In this document: piece by piece, positions 10,783 to 22,589 of the stretch
Position numbering within the stretch: the stretch's first letter is position 1
Layout of the letters: every line of letters starts with the position of its first letter
Assembly (NCBI GenBank): GCA_003266105.1
Contig: MVAA01000076.1
Location: 1 to 48,248 of the forward strand
DNA length: 48,248 bases
DNA from: Methanosphaera sp. rholeuAM6
GTDB taxonomy: Archaea > Methanobacteriota > Methanobacteria > Methanobacteriales > Methanobacteriaceae
Direction of reading: 5' to 3'
Made by a program: the position numbers and the translations under genes
Notes under the pieces: generated by a model
Told to the model about the DNA's origin: nothing
What the model saw: only the letters and a program-made list of their open reading frames with translations
Databases searched by the model: none

Positions 10783-11391
10783 ATGTCAAGAATATTGAAA
10801 ATAATTTTATTCATAGTTGCCATTATCCTGTTTTTTGAAATAGGATTATTTGCATCATACAGTCTCATTTCTTCTCAACCAGCAAATCCGTTAGAATTAT
10901 TATCAGTACAAGTAGATGAAGGATCAGACTTTGTATCTTCATTGACAGGAGAAAAGAAATTAAATGACCAGGACACATTAAATATTACAAATGATGAAGA
11001 TGTTGCATTAGCATTGGATGACCTTACTAATTTAAGCACAAACCTGAACTCTGTAGCGGCTAAAATATCAAGTGATGATACTGGAAATCAGACAATAACA
11101 ATAACTGCTTTGGCAACAAAAGATTCACAGATTACATCAGGTGGTTATATACAGATTGTTCCACAAGAAACATACAGTGTAACAGCTACAGCAATAGGTG
11201 AAGTTTATTCAAACGGAAAAGTAAAAGTAAACACCACATCAATTTCACTTAAAGAAAGAATAGTGTTATATAACCAAAATACCAATGGAAGGTCAGACAC
11301 GTCGATTGAAAGTTTAATTGATTACACTAAAAACAATACAACAAATAATAATGCAACATCTGCCGCTAATAATCAACAAAGAAGAGCATAA
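10783..11391 (+). CDS. hypothetical membrane-anchored protein
   Basis: GGAGG RBS, N-terminal hydrophobic helix, Thr/Ser/Asn-rich remainder; no recognisable motif. Confidence 0.7.
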   Translation: MSRILKIILFIVAIILFFEIGLFASYSLISSQPANPLELLSVQVDEGSDFVSSLTGEKKLNDQDTLNITNDEDVALALDDLTNLSTNLNSVAAKISSDDTGNQTITITALATKDSQITSGGYIQIVPQETYSVTATAIGEVYSNGKVKVNTTSISLKERIVLYNQNTNGRSDTSIESLIDYTKNNTTNNNATSAANNQQRRA

Positions 11392-11577
11392 TACCCTCCT
11401 CATTTACCATTTTTTGATTTAAATTCTATTTTTATTAATAAAGTAAAAATTAATGTATAAATATTATAAGAAATACATTATAATTCAAGAAGAATAATAT
11501 TAAGTCATTTTATAAAGTATTTTAAAAATTTTTGAGAATTGAAATATAAATTATAACATTTTATGGGAGTAACTACT

Positions 11578-12681
11578 ATGATTAGTTTAATAGGTATTGG
11601 ATCTAAAAGAGAACACATGACTCTCTTAGCAGCAGATAAAATTAAGGAAGCTGATGTAATAATAGCATACCGTCCATATCTTGAACACATTCAAGATTTA
11701 CTTGAAGGAAAAGAGGTTTTAAGCAGAGGTATGGGAGATGAAATGGAAAGAGTAGAACTTGCAATAGAACTTGAAAAGGAAGGTAAAAAAGTTGCAATTA
11801 TAAGCTCAGGAGACCCTGGAATATATGGAATGGCTAACGTATATTTCCAGATAATTGACAAGTACAGTGATCTTGAATTTGAAGTTATTCCTGGAGTGAC
11901 AGCAGCAACATACTCAGCAAGTGCATTGGGTGCTCCATTACATGACCTTGCAATAATAAGTTTAAGTGACTTGTTAACTCCACTAGAAGAAATACAAAGA
12001 AAAATAAAATATGCAGCAATAGCAGATTTAGTAATTGCATTCTACAATCCAAAAAGTAAAACCAGAACAATACCATTCGAAACAGCCTGTGACATATTGG
12101 TAGAAAACAGAAATCCTGAAACACCAGTAGGTATTGTTAAAACAGAGGGAACAGATACAATTACTCATATATGCAAACTCAAGGAACTTAAAGACCAGGA
12201 TATCCACATGTCAACTACAATTATAGTGGGAAACTCAATGACATATGTTAAAAAAGGCAAAATGATAACTCCACGTGGATACAAAATGAATGCAAAACTT
12301 CCTGAACAGACAGAGGAATTCTATGAAAGATTCTTCAATGGTGACATACAGATGGGTCAGAACCTTGACTGTGAATATTTCCCATGTCATAATGATGAAG
12401 AAAGCTGTACCTTCTGTTACTGTCCATTTTATCCTTGTGCAGACGGTTCCACTGGTGGAAACTGGATAGAAAACAAAAACATCTGGAACTGTAAAAACTG
12501 TAACTGGGTTCATCAAAATGCAGTTGTAGATGAAATTCTCGATTATGTTAAAGACAATATTAATTCAATGGAAGATTTTGACATTAAAAAGAAAGAATTA
12601 CTTAAATTAAGAAGAGCAACAATCTACAAAACAAGAAACTTAAAGTTTAATCGTAACTATGATTTAGGAGAAGAAGAATAA
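11578..12681 (+). CDS. cbiH: cobalt-precorrin-3B C17-methyltransferase CbiH/CobJ with C-terminal cysteine-rich domain
   Basis: ISSGDPGIYGMA, IPGVTA, LGAPLHD, ISLSDLLTP, YNPKS, MITPRGY, then CEYFPCH..CTFCYCPFYPC..CKNCNWVH. GGAG precedes ATG 11578. Confidence 0.9.
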   Translation: MISLIGIGSKREHMTLLAADKIKEADVIIAYRPYLEHIQDLLEGKEVLSRGMGDEMERVELAIELEKEGKKVAIISSGDPGIYGMANVYFQIIDKYSDLEFEVIPGVTAATYSASALGAPLHDLAIISLSDLLTPLEEIQRKIKYAAIADLVIAFYNPKSKTRTIPFETACDILVENRNPETPVGIVKTEGTDTITHICKLKELKDQDIHMSTTIIVGNSMTYVKKGKMITPRGYKMNAKLPEQTEEFYERFFNGDIQMGQNLDCEYFPCHNDEESCTFCYCPFYPCADGSTGGNWIENKNIWNCKNCNWVHQNAVVDEILDYVKDNINSMEDFDIKKKELLKLRRATIYKTRNLKFNRNYDLGEEE

Positions 12682-12749
12682 TTATTATTTTTTCTAATAA
12701 TAATTATTTAACCACTTTTTTGATATTTTTTTACACTTGCAATATATGT

Positions 12750-13601
12750 TTATTTTATGTTAACCAATGAGTTAATCTTATCATACACGCTTTGAACACC
12801 CTCTTTTTCATAATGTAACTCAACAGCACCTGTAGGACAGTTATTACTGCACTGACCACAACCAATACAAATATTCTCGTCTATAATTGCCTTATCATTT
12901 TCTATTGTTATACATTTAGCAAAGCAAACTTCCTCACATTTTCCACAGCCAACACATTTTGTTGCATCTGTTTTAAGGGATACTCCCGGAAGTTTAAAGA
13001 AATCGTTTTGTATTGTGTCACTAAGATTTGGATAAACTCTCCACAGACAACAGCAAGGACAGCAGTTGCATATTGTTAACAGTTCTTCATTAGGTCCGAC
13101 ACCCATCCACACACTGTCCATCTTATTTCTGCCCATAATATGAATAAGACCTGCCTTGGCACATTTATCTATATGTTCAATGGCTTCCTGTCTTGTTACT
13201 TCCCTGCAGTGTCTGCGAGATATTTTTCTGGTGGTTTTTCCAAGAAAAATACATCCAAGATCCCTTGGATAATCGGTACATCCCGTAGAACTTCTGCATA
13301 AACATTTGTTCATAACCACAATGTCTTCTGCTTCATTAATAACACTTTTAATTATGTCGCTTGGCATTACAATCATATCAGGTTTTGATATATCATAATT
13401 CATAGTAATTGTCTGAGAAGAAATATTCTTGACACTAGGATTACTAGGAACAAAATAAGTACCGTCATGTTCAAACAAACCCTTTTTAATGATTTTATTC
13501 ATTATTCTGGATTTTCTAGTCCAACCAGCTACCCGAAATCTAAGATGAAAAATCCTCTTGACAAGGGCAATATTAATGTCAATTATTTTTATTCTTCTCA
13601 T
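12750..13601 (-). CDS. 4Fe-4S dicluster (ferredoxin-domain) protein
   Basis: CVGCGKCEEVC and CIGCGQCSNNCP motifs, plus CLCR and ICNCCPCCC cysteine clusters. Confidence 0.82.
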   Translation of the reverse strand: MRRIKIIDINIALVKRIFHLRFRVAGWTRKSRIMNKIIKKGLFEHDGTYFVPSNPSVKNISSQTITMNYDISKPDMIVMPSDIIKSVINEAEDIVVMNKCLCRSSTGCTDYPRDLGCIFLGKTTRKISRRHCREVTRQEAIEHIDKCAKAGLIHIMGRNKMDSVWMGVGPNEELLTICNCCPCCCLWRVYPNLSDTIQNDFFKLPGVSLKTDATKCVGCGKCEEVCFAKCITIENDKAIIDENICIGCGQCSNNCPTGAVELHYEKEGVQSVYDKINSLVNIK

Positions 13602-13640
13602 TTTTGTTCACTTATAAAAAAAATATAAATTATTTGAAAA

Positions 13641-14519
13641 CTATAATTCAACATTCATTTTGGCTTCATATACAGTAACTGCTGCTCCTTTCATTGTAGC
13701 AGTAAGATATTCAGTATGGTCAGTGATTGTGATATCTAAGTCACCACCGGACAGGTGTGCATGCACTTTCTCATTAAGCAAGCCCTGTTTATATCCTAAA
13801 AGCACACAACTGGTAGTACCGGTACCACATGCAAATGTAAATCCTGCACCACGTTCCCATGTTAAAATACTAATTTCCTCTGGGGATTCAATGTTGACAA
13901 AATGAACATTTACTTTCTCAGGGAAAGCTTCATGAGTTTCAATACGAGGACCGTAGAAATCCAAGTCAATGTCTTCAATATTAATATCAGTAAAACATAC
14001 TGCATGAGGATTTCCAACACTAACAGAACTCATTCTAATCTTTTCACCTTCAACATCAACATCTTCATCAATAAACTCTTCAGTGTTACCGCTAGGAGCT
14101 ATTGCAGGAATATCTTCAGGTTTAAAGAATCCTTTACCCATATCTATTTCAATACTGGTAACTTCATCATCTTCTACAGTAAGTCTTGCTTCTTTAACAT
14201 CTTCCATAGTTTCAATATTCATTGTTTCCTTTTTAACAATATTTTTGTCATAAACATATTTTGCAAGACATCTGATACCATTTCCACACATTTCTGCTTC
14301 ACTGCCGTCACTGTTGAATATACGGAATCTTACATCAGCCTTATCAGATTTACAGGCAAAAATGACTCCGTCAGCACCAACATTGAATCTTCGTGTAGAT
14401 ATTTCTTCACTAATTTTATTTTTTAGTTCCTCAGGTATAACTTCTTCTATTGTTTCATTTATAACAATATAATCATTACCAAGAGCATGCATTTTTGTAA
14501 ATTCTATTTCCTTAATCAT
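13641..14519 (-). CDS. dapF: diaminopimelate epimerase
   Basis: [44 protein letters not shown]. Confidence 0.96.
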   Translation of the reverse strand: MIKEIEFTKMHALGNDYIVINETIEEVIPEELKNKISEEISTRRFNVGADGVIFACKSDKADVRFRIFNSDGSEAEMCGNGIRCLAKYVYDKNIVKKETMNIETMEDVKEARLTVEDDEVTSIEIDMGKGFFKPEDIPAIAPSGNTEEFIDEDVDVEGEKIRMSSVSVGNPHAVCFTDINIEDIDLDFYGPRIETHEAFPEKVNVHFVNIESPEEISILTWERGAGFTFACGTGTTSCVLLGYKQGLLNEKVHAHLSGGDLDITITDHTEYLTATMKGAAVTVYEAKMNVEL

Positions 14520-15805
14520 TTTAATAACCTTGTTGGAATGCTTTGACCTGCAAATAAGTCACTAAATTCTTCTCTTCTTCTGATTACATCAACATCTTTT
14601 TTGTTAACCAGTATTTCTGCCGGTCTAGGTCTTGAATTGTATTGTGATGACATACTATAAGCGTATGCTCCGGCATTAAGGATTGCAAGAAGATCTCCCT
14701 CTTCAAGTTTAGGCATAGGTCTGTCTCTGGCAAACAGGTCACCACTTTCACATAAGTTACCGGCAATATCAATCTCTTCTACAGCTTCTTCATCCATTTT
14801 ATTAGCTACTACAATATGATGATATGAACCATACATTGTTGGTCTTTGTAAAGTACCAAATCCACAGTCTACACCGGCAAATTTACGATAACTTTCTTTG
14901 ATAGTGTTAACTCTTGTTAATAATACTTCTGAATTACCAACCAGGAATCTTCCAGGTTCAACATAGAATGATGGACTTCCCATATTATATTCTTCAAGTT
15001 TGGATTTGAATAAGTTTATAATGTCTTTTGTGAACGTTTCAAGATTTAATTCATCTTCAGTTGGTTCATATGGTATACCAAATCCTCCACCGAAGTCAAG
15101 GAATTTGAAGTCTATTCCTACTTCCTTATGAACTTTTCCTGCAATATTCATCATTGTCTCTACTGCTAACATGAAAGGTTCGGATTCAAGTATTTCAGAA
15201 CCGATATGTGAATGCATTCCTATAGGTTTAAATCCAAGATCTATTGCTTTCTGGTATACTTCAACAGCTTCATCTTCTCTTATTCCAAATTTACTTTTAG
15301 GTCCACCGGTAATACAGTGTTCATGGTGTCCTGCTTCAACCATTGGATTAACCCTTATTGATATTTCTTTTCCTTCAGTTCCTTCAATAGTACTTAATCT
15401 TTCAAGAGCTGATATACTATCAAGGTTTATTGTAACTCCACTTTTATGAGCATATTCCAGTTCTTCGGTTGTAACATTGTTTCCAGTGAACATGATTCTA
15501 TCCGGTGAAAAACCTACAAGCAATGCCGTGTATATTTCACCAGGACTGACTGCATCAATATAGCTGCCTTCATCCTCTAATATTTTCAGTACTGCAAGAC
15601 TGGTGTTAGCCTTTGCCGCATAACACATGTGAACGTCATCATATTTACTATTGAATGCATTGAATAATTTATTATAATTGTTTCTAACTTTTTCTTCATC
15701 AATCACATATAATGGAGTTTTATATTCTTCAGCTAATTGGTTAGCATCTAAATCTCCAATTATCAGATGATTATTTTCTGTTTTTAAATTAAAATCATAT
15801 GGCAT
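14516..15805 (-). CDS. lysA: diaminopimelate decarboxylase
   Basis: TPLYV, YAAKAN (PLP lysine), [34 protein letters not shown]. Confidence 0.96.
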   Translation of the reverse strand: MPYDFNLKTENNHLIIGDLDANQLAEEYKTPLYVIDEEKVRNNYNKLFNAFNSKYDDVHMCYAAKANTSLAVLKILEDEGSYIDAVSPGEIYTALLVGFSPDRIMFTGNNVTTEELEYAHKSGVTINLDSISALERLSTIEGTEGKEISIRVNPMVEAGHHEHCITGGPKSKFGIREDEAVEVYQKAIDLGFKPIGMHSHIGSEILESEPFMLAVETMMNIAGKVHKEVGIDFKFLDFGGGFGIPYEPTEDELNLETFTKDIINLFKSKLEEYNMGSPSFYVEPGRFLVGNSEVLLTRVNTIKESYRKFAGVDCGFGTLQRPTMYGSYHHIVVANKMDEEAVEEIDIAGNLCESGDLFARDRPMPKLEEGDLLAILNAGAYAYSMSSQYNSRPRPAEILVNKKDVDVIRRREEFSDLFAGQSIPTRLLK

Positions 15806-16008
15806 ATTATTGATTCCTGTTATTTAATTATCGTAAAAAAAAGTTATATTATCTTAATATATACTCAAAAAAAAGTTCTTTTTTAATAATATGATTTTTA
15901 TTATTAATATATTTTTTCATGAAAAATAACGGTAAAATGTTAAATATATAATAATTAAATAAAAATGCTCATAAAAAGAATTAACTGAAAAATAAACTTT
16001 GTTAAAAA

Positions 16009-16084
16009 CGAGCCCGAGGGGATTTGAACCCCTGATCTTGGGATCCGAAGTCCCACGTCATAATCCTGGCTAGACTACGAGCCC
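16009..16084 (-). tRNA. tRNA-Arg (anticodon UCG)
   Basis: Reverse complement GGGCTCGTAGTCTAGCCAGGATTATGACGTGGGACTTCGGATCCCAAGATCAGGGGTTCAAATCCCCTCGGGCTCG folds as a cloverleaf; anticodon arm TGGGA-CTTCGGA-TCCCA, T-loop TTCAAAT; no intron and no encoded CCA. Confidence 0.96.
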
Positions 16085-16430
16085 TAAAATGTGAATATAA
16101 ATTTAACAAAATTAACTTTTTCAAGTTATAATATAGTATATTCATAGTTATATATTTACTTTTACCCTAAAAAGATAAGCATTATTCTCTTTTTATCAAA
16201 ATAATTTCATGAAAAGTTAACTGAATTTTATCATAATCATTCACTATTAAGAATAATCTTTCAATAGAACATTACAAAACATTGAAAATCTAATATTCAA
16301 TGAAATGGTAAATAAAGATAAACATTATTAGTCTTACAAATAATATATATATTATATAACGATGAAAAATTATAGAATGATTTTATAATTCAAAATCAGG
16401 TTAATATTATCAAAAGAAGGATATGATTTA

Positions 16431-18080
16431 ATGAGAAGTGACAATATAAAAAAAGGAATAAACAGAACATCACATCGTTCACTACTAAGAGCATGTGGAT
16501 TAGATGATGAAGACATGAAAAAACCATTCATAGGAATAGCAAACAGCTATACAGATATAGTACCAGGACATATTCACCTTAAAGACTTAGTACAGGAAGT
16601 AAAAGAAGTCATAAGAGCAGAGGGTGGAGTGCCATTCGAATTCAATACAATGGCAGTATGTGATGGAATAGCAATGAACCATGAAGGAATGTACTTTTCA
16701 TTACCGTCAAGAGAAATCATTGCAAACACAGTAGAAAGCATGGCAATGGCACATCAATTCGATGCATTAATATGCATGCCAACCTGTGACAAGGTAGTGC
16801 CTGGAATGTTGATGGCAGCTGCAAGATTAAACATACCAACAATATTCATAACTGGTGGACCAATGATGCCTGGAAAATTCCATGGAGAAGTAGTTGACTT
16901 CATTAATGTAACAGAGGCCGTGGGAGCAGCACAATCCGGTAAAATGAGTGAAGAAGATCTTTATGAACTGGAAAGATGTGCATGTCCGGGGGCAGGTTCA
17001 TGTGCAGGATTATTTACTGCAAACACAATGGCATGTTTAACAGAAACATTAGGAATGAGTTTACCAGGATGTGCAACAGCACATGCAGTAAGTGACAAAA
17101 AGGTTGAAGTGGCAAGACAATCAGCAAAAAGCATATTCACACTCATTGAAAAAGACATAAAACCATTGGATGTAATGACACAGGAAGCATTTGAAAATGC
17201 AATAATTGTAGATTTGGCATTGGGAGGTTCTACCAACACAACATTACACATACCAGCAATAGCACATGAAGTTGGAGATTTGGATGTTACAATAGACCTG
17301 TTTGACAAACTAAGTCATGAAGTACCATACATCTGCAGTATAAGACCTGGAGGAAACAACAGAATGATAGATGTTGACAATGCCGGTGGAATACCAGCAG
17401 TAATGAAAAACCTTGAATCATTACTACACACAGACTGTGTAACATGTACATCAAAAACCGTTGAAGAAAACCTTACACAAGTAACAAATATAGATTATGA
17501 TGTTATTCACACAGTGGAAAATCCAATTAGGGATGAAGGTGGAATAGCAGTATTATACGGTAACATTGCACCAAACGGTTCAGTAATTAAACAGGGAGCA
17601 GTAAATGAAGACATGCTTATACATTCAGGACCATGTAAAGTATACAATTCTGAAGAAGAATGTGTATCAGCAATAGAAAACGATGAAATAGTTGATGGTG
17701 ATGTTGTAGTAATCCGATATGAAGGACCAAAAGGTGGACCTGGTATGCGTGAAATGCTAAATCCTACAGCAGCCATCATGGGAAGGGAATTATTCCATGT
17801 GGCACTGATTACGGATGGAAGATTCTCAGGTGGAAGTAGAGGTCCATGTGTAGGTCATATATCACCAGAAGCAGCAGAAGGCGGACCAATAGCAGCCATA
17901 CAAAATGGTGACACAGTATCCATCAACGTAAAGGAAAGAACAATAAAATTGGAATTATCCGATGATGAAATAAGAGAAAGATTAGACAAAGTCAAACCAA
18001 TCGAAAGAAACCTTAAAGGATGGTTAAGACAATACCAACAATTGGCAACAAGTGCTGATAAAGGTGGAGTACTAAAATAA
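16431..18080 (+). CDS. ilvD: dihydroxy-acid dehydratase
   Basis: [64 protein letters not shown]. Confidence 0.97.
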   Translation: MRSDNIKKGINRTSHRSLLRACGLDDEDMKKPFIGIANSYTDIVPGHIHLKDLVQEVKEVIRAEGGVPFEFNTMAVCDGIAMNHEGMYFSLPSREIIANTVESMAMAHQFDALICMPTCDKVVPGMLMAAARLNIPTIFITGGPMMPGKFHGEVVDFINVTEAVGAAQSGKMSEEDLYELERCACPGAGSCAGLFTANTMACLTETLGMSLPGCATAHAVSDKKVEVARQSAKSIFTLIEKDIKPLDVMTQEAFENAIIVDLALGGSTNTTLHIPAIAHEVGDLDVTIDLFDKLSHEVPYICSIRPGGNNRMIDVDNAGGIPAVMKNLESLLHTDCVTCTSKTVEENLTQVTNIDYDVIHTVENPIRDEGGIAVLYGNIAPNGSVIKQGAVNEDMLIHSGPCKVYNSEEECVSAIENDEIVDGDVVVIRYEGPKGGPGMREMLNPTAAIMGRELFHVALITDGRFSGGSRGPCVGHISPEAAEGGPIAAIQNGDTVSINVKERTIKLELSDDEIRERLDKVKPIERNLKGWLRQYQQLATSADKGGVLK

Positions 18081-18115
18081 ACATAAAAACATAAAAACAT
18101 TATGGGGGTGAATTC

Positions 18116-18610
18116 TTGTCAAAAAAACGTAAAAATAGAGCAAAAAAGAGGAAATCACAAGAAGACAGGCAACAGAAGGATACAAAATATATAACAAAGG
18201 AAATACTTAGTTATGCAGCAATATTAATTCTAGCCTTAATCTTATCTGCACACCTTAGTGTAGTAGTGTCTGGCAGTATGGAACCATCATTTTACAGGGG
18301 AGACATAGTAGCAACAGAGAATGTTAACACATATGGTATCCAAGAATTTAACCCAAATACTGATGTAAATATTGGTGACGTGGTTGTATATGATGCAACA
18401 TGGTATGATGAACCAGTAATACACAGGGTAATAGACACTCAACAAATAAACGGTTCAAAATATTATATTATTAAGGGAGATAATAATCAAGTACAGGATC
18501 CGTATCCTGTATCACCAAGCCAGATAAAATCCAAAGTTTTAAAAATAGGTGACTCATTGGTAATCATTCCTAAACTGGGTTATATAACACTGTTTTTCAG
18601 GGGATTATAA
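18116..18610 (+). CDS. signal peptidase I (archaeal Sec11 type)
   Basis: VVVSGSMEP (catalytic Ser), RGD, VIHRV (His), KGDNN; TTG start after GGGGTG. Confidence 0.9.
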   Translation: MSKKRKNRAKKRKSQEDRQQKDTKYITKEILSYAAILILALILSAHLSVVVSGSMEPSFYRGDIVATENVNTYGIQEFNPNTDVNIGDVVVYDATWYDEPVIHRVIDTQQINGSKYYIIKGDNNQVQDPYPVSPSQIKSKVLKIGDSLVIIPKLGYITLFFRGL

Positions 18611-18630
18611 ACAAAAGAGGGAGGATAATA

Positions 18631-20313
18631 ATGTATTCAAAATTAAAGAAGGAGATTACAGAAAGCATAGAAGAAGCACTTACAAAGATGCGAATCAAAA
18701 TTGATGAAGAAATAGTGCTTGAAGAACCACCAAATCCTGAAATGGGGGACATATCAAGTAATATTGCTTTTTCTTTAGCAGGAAAACTGAAAAAATCACC
18801 AGTAGAAATAGCAGAGGAAATTAAGAATCATATAAAATTGCCGTTATACTTTGAAAAAGTAGAAACAAAAGGTCCATACATCAATTTCTTCATAAACTAC
18901 ACATTATTTTCTACAAAAATGGTAAACTATATTGATAAAAGATATGGTGAATTACCAGAGCAAGATGAAACAATACTGTTGGAACACACTTCTGCTAATC
19001 CAAACGGTCCGTTACACGTAGGACATCTAAGAAATGCAATACTTGGAGATTCACTTAAAAGGGTACTTCAACATGCAGGTTACAAAGTGGAGTCACAGTA
19101 TTATGTTAATGATATGGGACGTCAGATTGCTATAATTGTATGGGGAAGAAAAAAGTTCGGCTTTGAATTTGATGATCATAAAAAAATAGACCACGCTGTA
19201 GGGGAAGTATACTTTAAATGCAACCAGGAATTGGAGAAGAACCCAGAATACAATAAGGAAATTGATGAAATTCTCCACAAATATGAAGATGGGGATGATC
19301 AAAAACTCATTGATTCATTTGAATTGGTTGTTGAAAACTGTCTTGACGGTATAAAACAGACATTAAAAGATTTAAACATCAGAATGAACCTATATAAATG
19401 GGAAAGCACATTCCTTAGAAACGGTTCAGTTGATAAGGTACTTGAAAAACTGCAACCATTCACCATAAAAAGAGATGTACTGTATTTGCCATTGGAAAAA
19501 TATGATGTTGACAAGGAATTGGTGCTTAGAAGGTCAAACGGTACTAGTTTATATGCTACAAGAGATTTGGCATACCATCAGTATAAAACAAAAAACAGTG
19601 ATATTTCCTTAGATATTCTTGGTGCAGACCATAAGTTGGCCGCCAAACAGTTAAGTCTTGCACTTGAGTTGTCAGGAAACCGTGCACCTGAAGTAGTATT
19701 CTATGAGTTTATCAATTTACCTGAAGGATCAATGTCAACAAGAAGAGGAGTATTCATATCAGTTGATGAATTTATTGAACAGGCAACCCAGCATGCTAAA
19801 GACGAATTACTTGAACGTGACATGGACTTAACAGACAGTGAAATTGAAAATATAGCACAGATAATAGGTGTAGGTTCCGTAAGATTCTACATTAACCAGA
19901 TATCTCCGGAAAAACCTATTACGTTCAAATGGGAAGAGGCATTAAACTTTGAAAGGGGTTGTGCATCCATACAATATGCTCATGCAAGAGCATGTAAATT
20001 ATTGTCAAAATCAGATTTTGATGAATATGATGATGTTAAATGTGATTATGAACTTGAAAATGAAGAAAAGGTCTTAATTAAAGAATTGTCAAGATTTACA
20101 GAAATAATTAGACAGGCAGCAAAAGAAAGAAGAGTACATCATTTAACAGAATATACTTTAACCTTATCCAAGGCATTTAACAAATTCTATAAATCACAAC
20201 AGGTTATAGGTTCTGAACATGAACAGTTCAGACTTACGTTAGTTGATGCATCCAGAATAACACTTAAAAACTCATTAAAACTTTTGGGTATTAAAGCACC
20301 CGAATTCATGTAA
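18631..20313 (+). CDS. argS: arginine--tRNA ligase
   Basis: EHTSANPNGPLHVGHLRN (HIGH), LYATRDLAY, MSTRRG, QYAHARAC. Confidence 0.97.
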   Translation: MYSKLKKEITESIEEALTKMRIKIDEEIVLEEPPNPEMGDISSNIAFSLAGKLKKSPVEIAEEIKNHIKLPLYFEKVETKGPYINFFINYTLFSTKMVNYIDKRYGELPEQDETILLEHTSANPNGPLHVGHLRNAILGDSLKRVLQHAGYKVESQYYVNDMGRQIAIIVWGRKKFGFEFDDHKKIDHAVGEVYFKCNQELEKNPEYNKEIDEILHKYEDGDDQKLIDSFELVVENCLDGIKQTLKDLNIRMNLYKWESTFLRNGSVDKVLEKLQPFTIKRDVLYLPLEKYDVDKELVLRRSNGTSLYATRDLAYHQYKTKNSDISLDILGADHKLAAKQLSLALELSGNRAPEVVFYEFINLPEGSMSTRRGVFISVDEFIEQATQHAKDELLERDMDLTDSEIENIAQIIGVGSVRFYINQISPEKPITFKWEEALNFERGCASIQYAHARACKLLSKSDFDEYDDVKCDYELENEEKVLIKELSRFTEIIRQAAKERRVHHLTEYTLTLSKAFNKFYKSQQVIGSEHEQFRLTLVDASRITLKNSLKLLGIKAPEFM

Positions 20314-20350
20314 TTTTCAATTACATTTCCTTCTTTTCACATTTTTTTAT
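20308..20350 (+). terminator. putative argS terminator
   Basis: atgtaatt-ttc-aattacat hairpin containing the TAA, followed by pyrimidine and T tracts. Confidence 0.5.
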
Positions 20351-20561
20351 TATTTAAGTATTTTAATGGTTTTAAACGCTTGTTTTTCTAAATGCACATT
20401 TTCATAACGATAAAACCATAATTAAACTTCATAATTAATAATCATTATTTCTTTATAAAAATTTTAATATAATATAAATAATATAAATAGTAATGGATTA
20501 AAATTAGTAATACTTATCATTATTAAAGCATAAAATCATGTTTTTTTTTGGAGGAATATTA

Positions 20562-22406
20562 ATGCGAACATTAATGATACATTCAGATTATTTACGTTAT
20601 AAAACCAGAAGTAAAACTAAATTAGCAGAAGATATTGAAGATGAAAAAAGAATTGGCGGAGCAGACAACGCATTAGTAGCCTTTGTTGCCGTTGAAAAAG
20701 AGGATGAAGAAGACCCATCAATAATCATCCAAAAGACAGTTAAGGAAATATTAAGTGTTCAAAACAAAGTCAATGCAGATAATATTGTAGTTTACCCATA
20801 TGCACACTTAAGTTCTTCTCTTTCAGATCCTAATGTTGCTCAGGAAATATTAAAAGGAATTGAAGCAGAATTAACAGACAATAACGAATCAGTTCTAAGA
20901 GTACCGTTTGGTTGGTATAAATCATTCGAGTTATCATGTAAGGGACATCCGTTATCAGAACTGTCAAGAACAATCACTACTGAAGTGGAAAAGAAAAAGG
21001 AAAAGGAAGAAGTTGAAGAATCAGAACCATCACAATTCTTCATATTGGAAGAAGATGGTGAAAAATATGATGTGGATGATTACAACTACCAGACAAAAAC
21101 TTTAAAACAGTTAGTTGACCATGAACAGGGTGTATCACATGAAGATTCCGGTAAACAGCCACCTCACGTTAAACTGATGAAAGAAAAGGAATTGGCAAGC
21201 AATGAACCATCAGCTGACGTAGGTCATATCAGATGGTATCCGAAAGGAAAACTTGTTAAAGACCTGCTGGGAGAGTATGTTTACAAACTGGTTACAGAAA
21301 GAGGAGCAATGCCTGTAGATACTCCAGTCATGTATGATTTAGCAGACCCTGCTATAAGAGAACATGCTGCCAAGTTTGGTGAAAGACAATACAGATTAAA
21401 AACAAAACACAGAGAATTGATGCTTAGATTTGCCTGCTGTTTTGGAGCATTCAGAATAATGGCTGATTCATTCCTCACATGGAAAAACATGCCTGTAGGA
21501 ATTTATGAATTGTCACAATTAAGTTTCAGATTTGAAAGACAGGGAGAAGTTGTTGGACTTAAAAGATTAAGAGCTTTCACAATGCCTGACTTCCACAGTG
21601 TATGTTTGGATGATGAACATGCTAAGGAAGTATTCTCAGGACAGGTTGATATGTGTGCACAGACAGAAAAAGACTTGGATGTACACTACGAAGTTGCATT
21701 CCGTGTAACAGAGGATTTCCTTGCGGAAAATGAAGATTGGGTAAAGGAAGTTGTAAGAGAACATATTAAAAAACCTGTATTGCTTGAAGTTATTCCTAAG
21801 ATGAAACATTACTGGAATGCTAAAGTAGACTTTGCAGCTATTGATGATCTTGGTAGACCTATAGAAAATCCTACAGTACAGATGGATATTCAGAGTGCCA
21901 GAAGATTCGGTATAACCTATCTTGATGAAAATGAAGAACAGCAATATCCTACAATCTTGCACTGCAGTCCAACAGGAAGTTTAGAAAGGGTTATTTGTAG
22001 TTTACTTGAAAAAACCAGTACAGACAAAGGTTCAAAACCATCCTTACCATTATGGTTGTCTCCAACACAGGTTAGAATTATACCAGTTACTGATAATCAT
22101 ATGGAGTATGCAGAAAAGGTCTATGAAGAAATTAAAGCTCTTAATGTAAGGGTTGATATTGATGATACTCCTGAAAGAGTAGGTAAGAAAATCAGAAATG
22201 CAGGTAAGGAATGGGTTCCATACACTATTGTTGTTGGTGACAATGAAGTGGAAAACGATTCCATCACAATTAACAGACGTGTTGATGATAGTAAGGAAGA
22301 AGTTACTGTTGAACAGTTGGCTGATGAGATTCATACTTTAACAGCAGGATTACCGTTTAAACCGTTACCTTTACCTTATCAAGTATCTAAACGCGTTAAA
22401 TTTTAA
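20562..22406 (+). CDS. thrS: threonine--tRNA ligase (archaeal type with N-terminal editing domain)
   Basis: [29 protein letters not shown] editing domain; [36 protein letters not shown] precedes ATG 20562. Confidence 0.96.
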   Translation: MRTLMIHSDYLRYKTRSKTKLAEDIEDEKRIGGADNALVAFVAVEKEDEEDPSIIIQKTVKEILSVQNKVNADNIVVYPYAHLSSSLSDPNVAQEILKGIEAELTDNNESVLRVPFGWYKSFELSCKGHPLSELSRTITTEVEKKKEKEEVEESEPSQFFILEEDGEKYDVDDYNYQTKTLKQLVDHEQGVSHEDSGKQPPHVKLMKEKELASNEPSADVGHIRWYPKGKLVKDLLGEYVYKLVTERGAMPVDTPVMYDLADPAIREHAAKFGERQYRLKTKHRELMLRFACCFGAFRIMADSFLTWKNMPVGIYELSQLSFRFERQGEVVGLKRLRAFTMPDFHSVCLDDEHAKEVFSGQVDMCAQTEKDLDVHYEVAFRVTEDFLAENEDWVKEVVREHIKKPVLLEVIPKMKHYWNAKVDFAAIDDLGRPIENPTVQMDIQSARRFGITYLDENEEQQYPTILHCSPTGSLERVICSLLEKTSTDKGSKPSLPLWLSPTQVRIIPVTDNHMEYAEKVYEEIKALNVRVDIDDTPERVGKKIRNAGKEWVPYTIVVGDNEVENDSITINRRVDDSKEEVTVEQLADEIHTLTAGLPFKPLPLPYQVSKRVKF

Positions 22407-22441
22407 TTAATGAATGATATCATTAATTATTCCTCTTTTTT
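22404..22441 (+). terminator. putative thrS terminator
   Basis: taattaatga-atgata-tcattaatta hairpin starting at the TAA, then tcctcttttttt. Confidence 0.5.
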
Positions 22442-22589
22442 ATATTTTAGACTTATTTTATTGTATTGTGATTTTTGTTCACATTAATCATTTACTTATA
22501 ACTTATTAGTTTTACTATTATAACTCTTAAATATTACTTAAAATAAACATTGTAATATAAGATATTGAAATGATTATAGGAGAAATCAT

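Noticed and set aside
15912..16215. ttttcatgaaaa-type palindromes on both sides of the tRNA gene
   Set aside because: Short and AT-rich, so expected by chance; no further support
15806..16430. tRNA-Arg as an integration site for an island
   Set aside because: No integrase, no duplicated tRNA 3' end seen, and core genes (lysA, ilvD) lie on both sides
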